The translations under genes and the position numbers were made by a program. A stretch of DNA of 64,000 nt. It comes from Diplonema japonicum (Eukaryota; Protista; Euglenozoa: Diplonemea). The DNA is taken from contig OZ025659.1 of assembly GCA_964019335.1 (NCBI GenBank), positions 558,001 to 622,000 of the forward strand, written 5' to 3'. The notes beneath the pieces are model-generated. The model was not told the DNA's origin. It searched no databases and worked only from the letters and a program-made list of their open reading frames with translations. Below are positions 1 through 11,469 of the stretch, piece by piece. The first letter of the stretch is position 1. Each line of letters begins with the position of its first letter.

Positions 1-570
1 ATCATTGGAAGTTTCCGAGAAATTTTGCAAAAGGTGGAAAGAGCGGGGGGAAAAAAAAAAAAGAGAAGAAAAAGAAAAGAAAGAAAAAAAAAAGAAAAAA
101 AAAAAAAAAAAACGAAATAAACAAATGTTCTCCCTCTTATTTTTATTTCTTCCTTCTTCTTTTTTTTCCCCCTTTTTTTTTTCTTTGCAAGAACGAGTCT
201 TTGGCTGTTGAAGATGGGGAAAAAAAAACTGGAAAAAAGAAAGGTCGAATTTGCCAACCAATGTGGTTCCTCTTTTCTCTCTCTTTCTTCTTCTTTTTTA
301 TTTATTTATTTATTTGGTGCGAAGGTCAAAAAAAGAATTAAGAAAGGAAAAACAAAAAAAGAGGCGAACTTTTGCCTATAAAAAGTCACTTTCTCTGTTG
401 ATCTGCATTTTTTTTTTTAAATTTACTTCCTCCCCCCCCCTCCTATCTCGATTTTCCTTCCCCTCTTTTATATTTTTTTTAATTTTTTTTATCGCATGAA
501 ATTTCTGCAGGAGGGGGAAAAAAAAAAAAAAAAAAAAAGAAGAAATCCATACACATAAACACGCACAACA

Positions 571-1284
571 ATGCAACGGCCAGTAGGGATTCTTACCGAC
601 GACGAAAAAAAAGGTGGGCTCTTCTCCAGCACCCTGAAGATGACAGACATCCGGCTTGGGGGAAAGGTACTGAAGATAGGCCTGATGGGCAATCCGGATA
701 TCTTTAAAAGAGGCAAGGACGGTGAAGCCGTCCCTTGTATAATAGCCATATCAGGAGAGGCCCAACAGCATGTAAGCAGATTTTTCCAGGCGTGGAAAGT
801 CGAAGAGAGGGGGTGGATAACCGTGACCCCCATAAGACCCAACAAACACGGGCTGTTTTTTGAAGACGAAAGGGCTCTAGGGATGATTAAAGGTCTGGTT
901 GAGCATCTCAAGGAAACCCTTAATATCGAAGACAACAAAGTCCATCTTGTAGGGACTTCCAATGGTGGAACCACCGCCTGGCACTATGCAGCCCATTACC
1001 CTGACGATGTGGCCTCTGTGACAGTTGTCACAGGGTGCCTAACTCGCTATGCTGAGGCCAACATCTCTCGAACATTTGCTATCCCTACTGAGGTTTACGT
1101 AGGTGATGGTGACGAATTGGGCTTCTACCCTGCTCTGCAACACGCGAAAAGAGTATTGGACACAGCAGGCCACCCTAACTCAAACCTACATATATTGCCT
1201 GGCGCAGGCCACTTCAATATTGGACAATTCGTAGACATGAAAGCTTTCTGGGAGAAAATGGAGAGCATGAGAGTGAAGGAATGA
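571..1284 (+). CDS. Alpha/beta-hydrolase (esterase/peptidase-like)
   Basis: Nucleophile elbow HLVGTSNGG, then VGDGD and GAGH, consistent with a Ser-Asp-His triad; A-rich leader before the ATG. Confidence 0.8.
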   Translation: MQRPVGILTDDEKKGGLFSSTLKMTDIRLGGKVLKIGLMGNPDIFKRGKDGEAVPCIIAISGEAQQHVSRFFQAWKVEERGWITVTPIRPNKHGLFFEDERALGMIKGLVEHLKETLNIEDNKVHLVGTSNGGTTAWHYAAHYPDDVASVTVVTGCLTRYAEANISRTFAIPTEVYVGDGDELGFYPALQHAKRVLDTAGHPNSNLHILPGAGHFNIGQFVDMKAFWEKMESMRVKE

Positions 1285-1575
1285 AATGGGAGAAGAAACG
1301 GGAGGGGGGGGAAAAAAAAGAGGGGGAGGGGGAAAAAGTGTGTTCCCCCCCATCACCCTTTATTATTGGTTCCATATTTTTATATACTTGGGGGGGGGGG
1401 GGGGGGCAGTAGAATTTGGCTTCGGCCAAATGCACATTACCCTATCCTTTTTTTTTTTTATATTTTTCTCTTTTTTTTTTCTTTGATTGTATTATTTTCT
1501 TTATCCCCTCCCTGCCAAAAGCAAGACCATTCAAAAAAAAAAAAAAAAAAAAAAAAAGAGCGGGAGAAATTAAAA

Positions 1576-1914
1576 ATGGGTTGTTGTGGATCGAGCGGGA
1601 AAAAAGGAAACACACCGCAGCAGGGCAAACGGCCTAGCAAGAAGACAGAGGAAAAGGAAAAGAAAGAGAGTGCCGGACATACGAACCCAGAATTGGAGAG
1701 ATCACGGGAATCTCTAAAGGGGACTGGGCAAACGGCGAAACGAAGAGAGGTACGATAGTGGGTCCTTTGCACAAATACACGCACAGGAACTTGAAGCCCT
1801 CGGGGAAGCGGAGCTGACTCTCAATAGAGTAGAATCAGTCATGGTGGAAGGAGCTAACAAGGGCGCTGGTATGTCCAGGATTTCTTTTTTTTTAACATTA
1901 CAAATACAGCATAA
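1576..1914 (+). CDS. Small protein with predicted N-terminal dual acylation (MGCCGSS), 3 exons
   Basis: MGCC myristoylation/palmitoylation-type start; GT-AG introns 1750-1786 and 1869-1909 keep the frame (...AKRRE|ELEALGEAELTLNRVESVMVEGANKGA|A*). Confidence 0.6.
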
Positions 1915-2211
1915 GGAGAATGGCTACAGTCAAAAAAAAGAATTCGCCCCCCCCCCCCCCCCATCCCAATGCCCCCTTTTTTCCGAACAGCGAAACGGTG
2001 GTAAGCGAAGTGAATGTCTCGTCGTTTCTTATGAAGAAAGAAAGAAAGAAAGAAAGAAGAAGAAGTTCCTTCTTCCAGTAGTTTTGTATTGATGGGACCT
2101 GCAGGAGAGGTGGGTAGGGAGAAAAGAAAAAGGGAGAAACGGAAACACAGGATAGGGCTGAAGAAAATAAAAAAAAACTCCCCTTCATTTTTTTTCTTTT
2201 TTTTTTGGCAA

Positions 2212-2246
2212 GCAGGGCGCCACCAACACTGGCTGTCCTTTATCTC
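2212..2246 (+). repeat. Family B 3'-hairpin remnant
   Basis: gcagggcgccaccaacactggctgtcctttatctc after a T-tract. Confidence 0.7.
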
Positions 2247-2590
2247 TTATATTTTTGTCTTCTTCTTCCACGCTCTAAAGCCCCCCCCCCCCCCCCCCCC
2301 CCCTTGTTTCTCGATTTGAAGAAAAAAATAAACACAACAAAAAAAAGGAGGATGTAAAAAAAAAAACCACCTTCCTCTTTTTTTTTTCCCCGTCCTTCCT
2401 CCTCCCTTCCTTCACTCCCCTCCTCATGCATTATAGAACAAGGAGGGGGGACAGAAAAGATGGGAGAAAAAGTGAGGGACAAAAAAAAAGAGGCTAATGG
2501 TGTGCATCCCCCCCCTTTTTTTTTCCCCTTTCTCGAAAAACAGTCCTTTTTTTTTTCCCCCAAAAAAAAAACACAAAAAAGGGGGGGAAA

Positions 2591-4890
2591 ATGGACGAAC
2601 CAGAAGATATGTCTTCCTCAACCCTGGGTGGGAGAGAGGCGGGTAATATCTCCATGGACCCTCAGCTGATATTTACCCATAAGGCGCTGGTCTTGAGTAA
2701 AGAGGAGGACAAGGGCATTGTGGAGGCGGATTTGCAACGAACGTACGACGGGAACCTTGAAATGCCAGACCTACGGGAAGATGGGTGCTTCCCTGTTGGG
2801 ACCAGAGTGGAGATCTTCAAACCAGGCGCCCGCTTTAACGACGATAAAATGAAAGAAGGCCTGGCGGAATTCGAATACAAATGGGCTTGCAAACCCCTAA
2901 CCTTAAACCAACACGGGTTGGTGGTAAACCACACAGAACACCCTACAAAACAAGGTATTAAGGCCCATGTCGTCACGTTGGATGGGAAGCAGGAGATCCC
3001 TCAAACAGTTTTAATACACCCTGACGGCTTAGCTCCTGCACTGTGGAAAGGGCAGACTGTATACGTGTTCAGAGATGGAGCACGCTACACGCCTTCAGAA
3101 GGCTTTGCTGAGCTTCTCCCTTTCATCCCCTCCGACCACTGGCTTCCCATGACAGAGTCTTCGCAGAACCGAACGGGTTGTTTAGTGAGTATCTTCAAAC
3201 ACCACACGAAGGAGTCTGTCAATGTGTTTCTTGTGAAGCTCGACGCACCTCTGCCTGCCCATGGCAGCGAAGCTCCTTCTGCACCGCCGCCCTCTTATGT
3301 GGTGCTGTTGGGAACTGGGCTTCGCGATATCAAACAGCTCCCTGCACACCTTCAAAAGAAGCGAAAAGTTCCGGTATGATTGGGGGAAAACAACAAAACA
3401 AAAAAAAAAAAAACAGCTCCCTGAACCGAAACGGCGCCTCGTAGCGGACACGAGCACGCCGCGGGGGGGCACCTATAATAAATACCGCGCGGCGGGACCC
3501 GGTGACATACCAGCGAAGATTCCGGTTTGTGGGGTTTAAAAAAAAGAACGAAGAAATTTTAACAGGCTGGTGGTCGGGGTAACACCTACTCGGGCTCTTC
3601 ATCTGCAGAGAATTCTGGTGCGAAAGGTGGTCTTCCACCGCCTCCGAGAAATTGTATGCGGGGGTTTATTTTTTTCTTTTTTGTAGAAATATTATACAGA
3701 CGCGCCTCCCCCCCAGCCCCTTGCCCTTGATAGGCGACCGCAGCTACGCAGCCAGCATCTCCCACCGCAGCCTCCTCCTGCTCCATATGGTAAGGCACCA
3801 CCACCTCCGCCGCACCCCGAACCCCAAAGTAAAGGTGGAAAAGGAAAAGGTGATATGAATATGAAAGGAAAGGGTAAAGGAGGGAAGAAGGGTGATGGAA
3901 AGGGGATGAAGGGGATCCTGAAGGGCGGGAAGGGTGAAGGTAAAGGTGATATGAAAGGCAATGGTAAGGGTGGGAAGGGTGACATGCATCACCATCACCA
4001 TCATCATCACCATCAACACCGCCACCAACATTCTCATCACCACCACCACCACCACCACCACCACCACCACCACCACCACCAGCATCAACATGAACACCCA
4101 CACCACCACCACCACCACCACCACCAACACCAACACCGACACCAACATCAGCACAAGCATCACCACCACCACCACCACCACCAACATCAGCACCAACACG
4201 AGCACCAACACGAGCACCACCACCGACCCCACCACCAACACCAGCACCAACACGAGCACCACCACCGACACCACCACCAACATCAACACCAGCACCAACA
4301 CCAACATCAGCACCAGCACCAGCACCAACATCAACCGCCCCAACGCTCTGCTCAAGATGCTTACATGAGCTACGCACAGAGCCAACAAGGGCAAGCCCAG
4401 AAGGCAGCTCAGCAACCACACCAACAGCAGTACCAGCAGTACTATAACCAGGTATGTTGCATGATGGTATCGAAAGACACCCACAGTACCCTACATATGG
4501 CCAGCAGGGCCCTCCTGCACCCCAAGCACCCTCGTCAGCACCCACTCAGCAGCCTGCACAGGGCCAGGCTTACAACTACCAAGTATGCACATAATTCTTC
4601 TTACATAAATACAGTACCAGTATTATGGGCAAGGACAAGACGCGCCCGCTCAAGCACAAGCAGCATCAGCTGACTACAGCAAACTGTGGCAACAATACAA
4701 AGAGTCGACCTCCCAACAGCAGCCTCAGCAGCAGCCACAACCTCAGCCACAACAGCCTCAGCAGCAGCAACCACCTGCAGCTGGCGCCCAAGCACCTCCG
4801 CCAGCCCCCACAGCTGGTGGAAGCGCACAGTCTGGCCATAGCTCTGCTATGCAGGCTTACCAAGCGTTCCAAGCCCAACAGAGGCAGTAA
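2591..4890 (+). CDS. Six-exon protein: globular N-terminus, Pro-rich linker, GKG repeats, poly-His/HQ tract, Q/Y/P-rich tail
   Basis: Introns 3374-3416, 3525-3565, 3654-3699, 4452-4486 and 4583-4614 (all GT..CAG) join ORFs 2591 and 3855 into one open frame ending TAA at 4890. Confidence 0.75.
3987..4335 (+). repeat. Coding CAC/CAT/CAR microsatellite (poly-His/HQ)
   Basis: (cac)n and caacac/cagcac units read in frame as H/Q. Confidence 0.9.
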
Positions 4891-5219
4891 GTTAACAACT
4901 AAATTGTAGTGTAATTACCTTTTTAATATCAATAGTGTTTGTTATCTTGCCCATGCTTTCAATGAAGGAGAAAATAAAGCTGTGTTCCTCTTTATTTGCT
5001 GTCCGTTCTCTCTCCTTGGTGGTTCAGGTTGTCACCAAGCGAGCGGCCGACGGGAGGGAAGACAGCTGTTAGGGGGAAAGAAAAGGGGAAAAAAAAGCAA
5101 AAAAAGCGGTTTTCAAAAGAAAAGTCGTTCAATTGTCTTATCTTTTCTTTCCCACTTTTTTTTCCCTTTTTTTTTTTTAGGAAAAAATAAAATAAAAGGG
5201 GGTGTGTTGTAAGTAAGAT

Positions 5220-6317
5220 ATGGCAGTGCGCGCGAATGTTGTGCTTATCAACGAAAAAAGGAAGGAAGATGAGGTGAATGCAGGAGAAATAGACACCAAT
5301 ATCAAGCAGGACAATAGTTCGTTGCAAGAAGAAGAAGAGGAGGAGGAGGAGGAGGAGGAGGTCATAGAAGAGGAAACCGAAGAAGAAGAGATCACAGAGG
5401 AGGAGGCCAAAGAAGAGGAGGCCGCAAAAGAAGAAGAAGAAGTTGAGGAGGTCACAGAAGAGGAAATCTTAGAAGAGAAAGAGATCACAAAAGAAGAAGA
5501 GGAGGTCATAGAAGAGGAAGAAAAACAAAATGTTGCCAAACAGGAAGAGGACCACGAACAGTGCGCTGACAGGACTCCCGTGAGGAAGAATGTGCTGTAC
5601 TTCGATGCTGCAGAAACAGGACAACAAGAACAAGAGGCCAACAGAAGCATCAAAAGGAAATTATTCGTGCTATTCAGCGACGACGAGAACGAGGCAGAAC
5701 CAAACCCGTACAAAGAAGACGGACCGACATCACCACAACAATCCGAAGAAAAAGAAGAAGTCAACGAGGACAATGAAGAAGACAAGGAACCCACCCTTCC
5801 ATACGTAAAGGCCAACGGGTACGCGGTGCTGGAAGGCCGAAGCAGGTGCCTGGTGCTCCCCGACCCATTGAGGAAGTCGCGTTTAGAATGGCTTGGCTAC
5901 AAATACGAGAAAGATTCGGAAAAAGAAAAGAAGCAGCAAGAGAAAGAGAAGGAGAAGGAGGCGGAGGCGGAACTGCAGAAAACAGAGGGAAAACCCCTCA
6001 ACAGAAAACAACGAAGGGCCCTGGCACAGCTGGAAAGGGAAAAAGCAAAAGAACAAGTCGAGGCTGCTCATACAGACATCCAAGTCGAAGGTCTGCCCCT
6101 GTCCTGCATCTCTGGCGCCCTTGGCGCTGACTTTATTGGTTTGCTTGCATCCCACGGCACACTCATTGACTGCAAGCTGCGGAAATCTTTCATCCAATCA
6201 GACAGAGCACGCAGCACTGCCACCTACTCTACAGAAGAAGAGGCTGCCACAGCATGCCGCGCTCTAAACGGCGTTGTTTGGAACGATGGTACCCTTTCTG
6301 CTACACTCGCCGCTTAA
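5220..6317 (+). CDS. Glu-rich protein with C-terminal RRM-like domain
   Basis: Acidic N-terminus; C-terminal IQVEGLP...ATATYSTEEEAATACRALNGVVWNDGTLSA has the RRM pattern. Confidence 0.65.
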   Translation: MAVRANVVLINEKRKEDEVNAGEIDTNIKQDNSSLQEEEEEEEEEEEVIEEETEEEEITEEEAKEEEAAKEEEEVEEVTEEEILEEKEITKEEEEVIEEEEKQNVAKQEEDHEQCADRTPVRKNVLYFDAAETGQQEQEANRSIKRKLFVLFSDDENEAEPNPYKEDGPTSPQQSEEKEEVNEDNEEDKEPTLPYVKANGYAVLEGRSRCLVLPDPLRKSRLEWLGYKYEKDSEKEKKQQEKEKEKEAEAELQKTEGKPLNRKQRRALAQLEREKAKEQVEAAHTDIQVEGLPLSCISGALGADFIGLLASHGTLIDCKLRKSFIQSDRARSTATYSTEEEAATACRALNGVVWNDGTLSATLAA

Positions 6318-6319
6318 CG

Positions 6320-6379
6320 ACCTTTGTTTTTTTTTCTCTCTCTTCATTTTTTACTTCTTGTTTTATTCCTCCTTCACAG
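6320..6379 (+). promoter_or_regulatory. Polypyrimidine tract plus AG: probable trans-splice acceptor for eIF3a
   Basis: ~55 nt pyrimidine run ending ccttcacAG, 9 nt before the ATG, in a 71-nt intergenic gap. Confidence 0.55.
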
Positions 6380-6388
6380 GTCCCCATC

Positions 6389-9239
6389 ATGGCACACTTT
6401 AATAGTCGTTTCAAGCCTGGCCAGGCCATCGGGAAGGCCACCGAATACATCAAGTTGGACAAGAAGCACCTTGCCCTCAAGGAGCTGAAGGATGTCTTCA
6501 AGAACAAGAGCAAGAAGTCGTGGACCGAGGACCACGAGAAGGCGATGTTCCTGCTTGTTGAGACATCGATTTCGATGAGGAAGAACCTGAGGGACGACCT
6601 GCAGAGCTACAGGTACTTCACCAGGGACGTGCAGACAAGGCCCACTCTGATGAACGTCCTCAACTACGCTGTGGGAGAGGCGGAGGAGCAGATCAACAAG
6701 GCTGAGAACAGGGAGAAGGACGAGACGGAGGTGGTGGTCGACGATGAATCACCGGAGTCTCTCATCATGAAGGCGGTGTGCGGGGATGAGACAAAAGACA
6801 GGATCAACCGTGAGGTCCTCACCCCGTGGGTCAGGTACCTCAGCGAGTGCTACAGGAACGCCCTCGACTGCTGCTTGAAGAACCCCGACCACGAGGACAC
6901 CTTCCACAAGCTCGCCACGAAGGCCTTCTCCTTCGCCCGCCGCCACAAGCAGAAGATCGCCTTCAAGAACAACTTCTGCCGTCTCGTAAGGGAACACTGG
7001 ATCAACATGACCCTGCTGTCGTCCACCGCCCAGCAGGAGAGGAGGGTGCTCGTCAGCGCCCAGCAGAAGGAACCCTCCCCCAACAACAAGTTCAACCTCA
7101 TGGTGACAGCCCTGCTCGACCAGCTCGACGTTGCTGTCTCCTTCGACAACTGGCAGGAGGCCTACAAGGCGATCGAGGAGATCGCTTCCAGGTTCGAGTA
7201 CTTCAAGGTGAAGCCCACCCCTGAGATCATGATCCCGTACTACACCCAGCTGGCCCAGATCTTCTGGGTGTCCCGAAACTGGCTCTTCCACGCCTACGCT
7301 CTCATCAAGCTGTTCTACACCAAGAGAGACCAGGAGCTCATCGAGAAGAAGAAGGACAAGAGCGACCAGAAGAAGGCCGAAATCGTTGCTGAGCGTCAGA
7401 AGCTTGCAAACAAGGTCGTGATCGCGACCCTCTGCATCCCCGCATGGAACCAGGAGAAGACCACTTCCATCACCCCCTTCATCACCGACCCGCAACGCGA
7501 GAAGTCGATGAAGATGATCTCCCTTCTGGGATCCACAAAGCCCCCCAGCAGGGAATCCCTTCTCTCTGACCTGAACGGGAAGGACGCTTGCATCTTCAAG
7601 CTGACCTCCCCGGAAGTTCAGGGGCTCTACAACATCGTGGAGAGGAACGTTCAGCCCCTGACTCTTGCTGAGCAGGTGACCCCCCTCTTTGGTATGACCA
7701 CCCTCTTTTTTTTCTTTTCTTCAACATGATACTCACAGAGTGGCTCGGTTCCAACGCGCTCGGTGAGTACACGGAGCACCTGCAGCTTGTCTCCGCCGTA
7801 TCTGTCATCGTCGCCTCGTCGAAGGTGTACTCCACGCTGTCTCTCGAGTCCTTGCGCCACATGTGCAGGTTCTACGAGACCATGGATCTCGAGTCCCTCC
7901 TGGTGTCTGTAGCCCGTTCGCCCAGTGCGCACGTGGGCCTCTGCATCGACCACCAGTCTGCGTCTATCAGGTTCGAGGACGCGGTATGTACACAGCCACA
8001 CACATGCACAACCCAACACAGAACATCAGCCCCGACATCCTCAGCTCGACCCTCCCCATGCTCCGCAAGCGCCTCGCCAAAATCAACCGGATGCTCCTCG
8101 CCGACTCACAGGAGGGTGAGGTCCAGCACAAGAAGATCGTCGAGAGGCAGGGCCTCCTCCTCAAGAGAGTTGTGCACGGTCTGGACGAAGAGAGGAGCGC
8201 CATCATCAAGAGGAAGGACATCATCGAAGAGAAGAAGGTCAAGGCTGAGCGTGAAGCCGAGCAGGCGAAGAGGGCACAGGTCGAGAAGCAGGAGGCTGAG
8301 AAGACCAAGCAGCTGAACGAGGAGAAGAAGAAGGTCGAGGAGGAAAAGCAGAGGAGGATGAAGCTCGAAGAGGAGGAGAAGAACAGGAAGAAGACCGCCG
8401 ATCAGACCCAGGTTGTGATCAAGGCCCTTAAGCAGAGCCAGATCAAGACCGGTGCCATCGAGGCGAAGCTGAACCGTGGCGAGAAGATGGACACAGACAC
8501 CTTGATGGAACACGGTAAGAAGTTGATGATTGAGGCGAAGGAGAGGGCGGAACAGAAGAGGTTGAAGGAGTGGCACAACGTGCACTGGCTGGAGAGGGCG
8601 TGCAGGGAAATGGAGGCGCCCATGATCAGGGAGAGCCACGAGAAGCGCCTCGACAACCTGAAGGATGCGTACGAGACAAGGAAGCAGAACACTGTGTCTC
8701 AGATGAAGAAGGACTGGGAAGAGGCGTTCGCCCACAAGGAGAGGATGGGGAGGATGGAGAGCCACATGGGTCCCTTCTTTGATCAGGTCCTTGAAGCCCG
8801 TTATGCGGACAGGAAGCTGATCGCGAGGGCTGAGAAGCACGTCCAAGACGAAGATGAGGAGAGGGAGCTCATGGTGAAGGCGGGTAGGTCTGGTGGTGAC
8901 ATCCCGCAGACAGGGGGATCTCCGTCATCCCCTACCTCGGCCCCTGCCGCTGAGCGCAAGCCCAACCCTGCCCAGGAAGTCGACAACTGGAGGGGTGGTG
9001 GCGCCCAGGCCTCGTCGCAGCCCGACGTTGCTACACCGGCGGCTGCTGGTAAGCCTGCCTTCAAGGCACGTGGCCCCTCCATCAACCTGTCAGGCGACGC
9101 CCCTGCCGCAGCCCCCGCTCCTGCTGCTGCTGCAGCCCCCGAGGCTGCCGCCGCCCCGGCCGCAGCCGCACCCGCGGCTGCACCCGCGGCGAAATCGTGG
9201 GGTGGCGCCAGGAAGGGTGGGTTCAAGATTGACCTTTAG
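6389..9239 (+). CDS. eIF3a: Eukaryotic translation initiation factor 3 subunit A (3 exons)
   Basis: N-terminal KATEYI..ALKELKDV, LTPWVRYLSECYRNALD, LDQLDVAVSFDNWQEAYKAIEEI, PCI region, coiled coil, HWLERACREME; introns 7692-7738 and 7984-8021 restore the frame. Confidence 0.9.
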
Positions 9240-9587
9240 AATGAGTTCCCCCCCCCCCCCCCCCCGTCCCCTCCCTACCCCCCCGAAAAAAAATCATTTT
9301 TATTTTAAGACCTTTAAGTTATTTTGATTTCTTTTTTTTTTTTGCTCTTTGCAAACTTTTCCCCCCTCCTAACCCCCTCCTTTTTCAAAGAAAAAAGATT
9401 TTATCAGGAAAAAAAATATTTTCGCTTTATTTTTTTATTTTATTTTTTGTTCTTTCTTTTTTTGTGTCCCCACAGGGTTTCCCGTTTCCCGTTTTTTCTT
9501 TCAATTTTTCCACCCCCCCCCCCTACTATCCTAACCCCTTTTCATGTCGTTTTTTTTTAAATGCAAAAGGTAAAAAAAATAGCTATT

Positions 9588-9712
9588 TACTGCCAACAAG
9601 TAATGACTTTACCGTTACCTCGAGGTTCCTTTTTATCTATTTTTTCGCTTCTCTATTCTAACTTAAAATCATTTCAGTTACCTCGAGGTCGGTAAAGCAT
9701 TACTTGGCGGTA
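9588..9712. repeat. Imperfect inverted repeat (foldback), ~35-39 bp arms
   Basis: tactgccaacaagtaatgactttaccgttacctcgaggt (9588-9626) versus the reverse complement of 9680-9712, taccgccaagtaatgctttaccgacctcgaggt. Confidence 0.7.
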
Positions 9713-9721
9713 GGTAAGTGG

Positions 9722-10231
9722 TTTTATTTCACGACACTCAGAAATTACTTCACCACGAGGGGCACAACGGGGTGACAAGGGGTACAACAAGAGAGGGGTT
9801 ACAAAAGTTACAATACAAGTTGTTTTCCCTCTTTTTGTTGACTAAGAGCTGCCGCTGTCGCTGGCATTGCCACTGTCACCATCTCTAATCAGGCCTTCCC
9901 ATACCTGGCGCGGCCGCTGGCTCCTTTTTTTCTGCTGCTTCGGTATTTTGAAGTCATTTGGGGAGCTTCGGTAAGCTGACTAAGTTACCCTTACCCACAG
10001 TAGAGTTACCCCCAGAAACTGGGAACAAGGCCTAGCCAAAAGTGGGCAAATTGGGAGGAAAAAGTAGTCCAACTTGGAACTGAGCTGAGGCAAAAATTGG
10101 CCTACCGAGGCATATTATTTACCGGAAACCCCCTATTACTTCACGGAAAACAGGCCATTATTTCACCGTGAAGTAATGAGATTTAGCGTGAAGTAATGGG
10201 CGTGAAGTAGTTTCTGAAGAGTGAAATAAAA
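9722..10231. mobile_element. MITE-like element with ~30 bp TIRs and subterminal GTGAAGTAAT repeats
   Basis: ttttatttcac...tcagaaattacttcac (9722-9753) is inverted at gtgaagtagtttctgaagagtgaaataaaa (10202-10231); extra cgtgaagta / tacttcac copies at 10136-10209; no ORF. Confidence 0.6.
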
Positions 10232-10302
10232 AAAAAAAAAAAAAAAAAAGCCAATCAACGATTTCAAAACAGCAGCACCGGAAGACAAAAAGAAAAGTCA
10301 CA

Positions 10303-11148
10303 ATGCAAGGCGAGGTCGAAAGGTACACGAAGGATGGGGTGTTCGGACCTGGGGGGCTGAAGGTGGCCTTGGGGAAAGGGGTGCTCGTGGCGACGTTGGC
10401 GAAGCCGGAAAATCTGAACGCGTTAAGCTCGAAAATGACGGAAGGCTTGGTGAAGATGGTGGAGCTGTGCAGAACCCACAGCGAGGAGGTCAGGGTGGTG
10501 ATTCTAACCGGTGAGGGGAGGTTCTTCTGCAGCGGAGCTGACGCGAAGTCGCTGCGAGGCGCGAAGACAGACCAGATCGCCCGCGACTCGACCCACTTTG
10601 GAAAATTTTTACACAACCTGAGCACCATGCCGCAACTCCTCATAGGTGTCGCTCAAGGCTCTGCGTTCGGTGGTGGGTTTGGCCTTCTTTGCTGTTGCGA
10701 CATTGTCATCGCCACCCCGACTGCTCAATTCGCTCTATCAGAGGTCCGCCTTGGTATGATCCCTGCTACCATCTCTCCATATGTTGTGAGACGTATTGGT
10801 GTCAACAACAGCAGGAGGCTGTTCCTGACAGGGGAACGGTTCACCTCTACTGAAGGTGTTGGTTACGGCCTCATTAATGAGGTTGTTGCTGCAGAAAACG
10901 TCCCCGCCTTCCTCGGTAAGATCCTCAAAGGGCAGACGCTGTGCGCGCCGCAAGCGGTTGTGCGTGCGAAGAACCTTGTCAACCTTGTTGAGAACCGCCC
11001 CATCGATGAGAACCTTATCAAGGACACGGTGGACGAGCTTATCTCAATCAGATCAGGTAAAGAGGTCAGAGAGGGTGCAACTGCCCTGTTGCAGAAGCGT
11101 AAGCCATCGTGGGCCAGTGAGCAACTCGCGCTTCCTGCCAAGCTTTGA
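10303..11148 (+). CDS. Enoyl-CoA hydratase/crotonase family (methylglutaconyl-CoA hydratase-like), PTS1 -AKL
   Basis: FFCSGAD, AFGGGFGL, FALSEVRLGMIPATISPYVVRRIG motifs; C-terminal AKL. Confidence 0.9.
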   Translation: MQGEVERYTKDGVFGPGGLKVALGKGVLVATLAKPENLNALSSKMTEGLVKMVELCRTHSEEVRVVILTGEGRFFCSGADAKSLRGAKTDQIARDSTHFGKFLHNLSTMPQLLIGVAQGSAFGGGFGLLCCCDIVIATPTAQFALSEVRLGMIPATISPYVVRRIGVNNSRRLFLTGERFTSTEGVGYGLINEVVAAENVPAFLGKILKGQTLCAPQAVVRAKNLVNLVENRPIDENLIKDTVDELISIRSGKEVREGATALLQKRKPSWASEQLALPAKL

Positions 11149-11469
11149 AAAAAAAAAAAGAGAGAGATTGCAAATTCAAACGTTTTTAATATCCTCCCCC
11201 CCCCCCCCCCCCCCCAACTGTTTGTTTTTTAAAAGGTTTTTGTTCTCTTCCCCCTTCTCCCTTTTTTTTTTAATACTTGCGCGTTTACATGTTTTTCCTT
11301 GTTCCCCCCCCCCCTTCGTAAAAAAAAGAAGTGATATTTTCCTCGAACACCATCGGGCGAAGAAAAAAAAAAATAATAAAAAGAGAAAATTCCTTACGTT
11401 TTTTTATCGAATAACTAACTATTACCCCCCCCCAAAAAAAAGCACAACAAGGGAAAAAAAGAAAATCAA

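Noticed and set aside
3586-4545. Long minus-strand Gly/Val ORFs and the + strand poly-Thr ORF
   Set aside because: Alternative readings of the CAC repeat; the spliced His frame links to flanking exons
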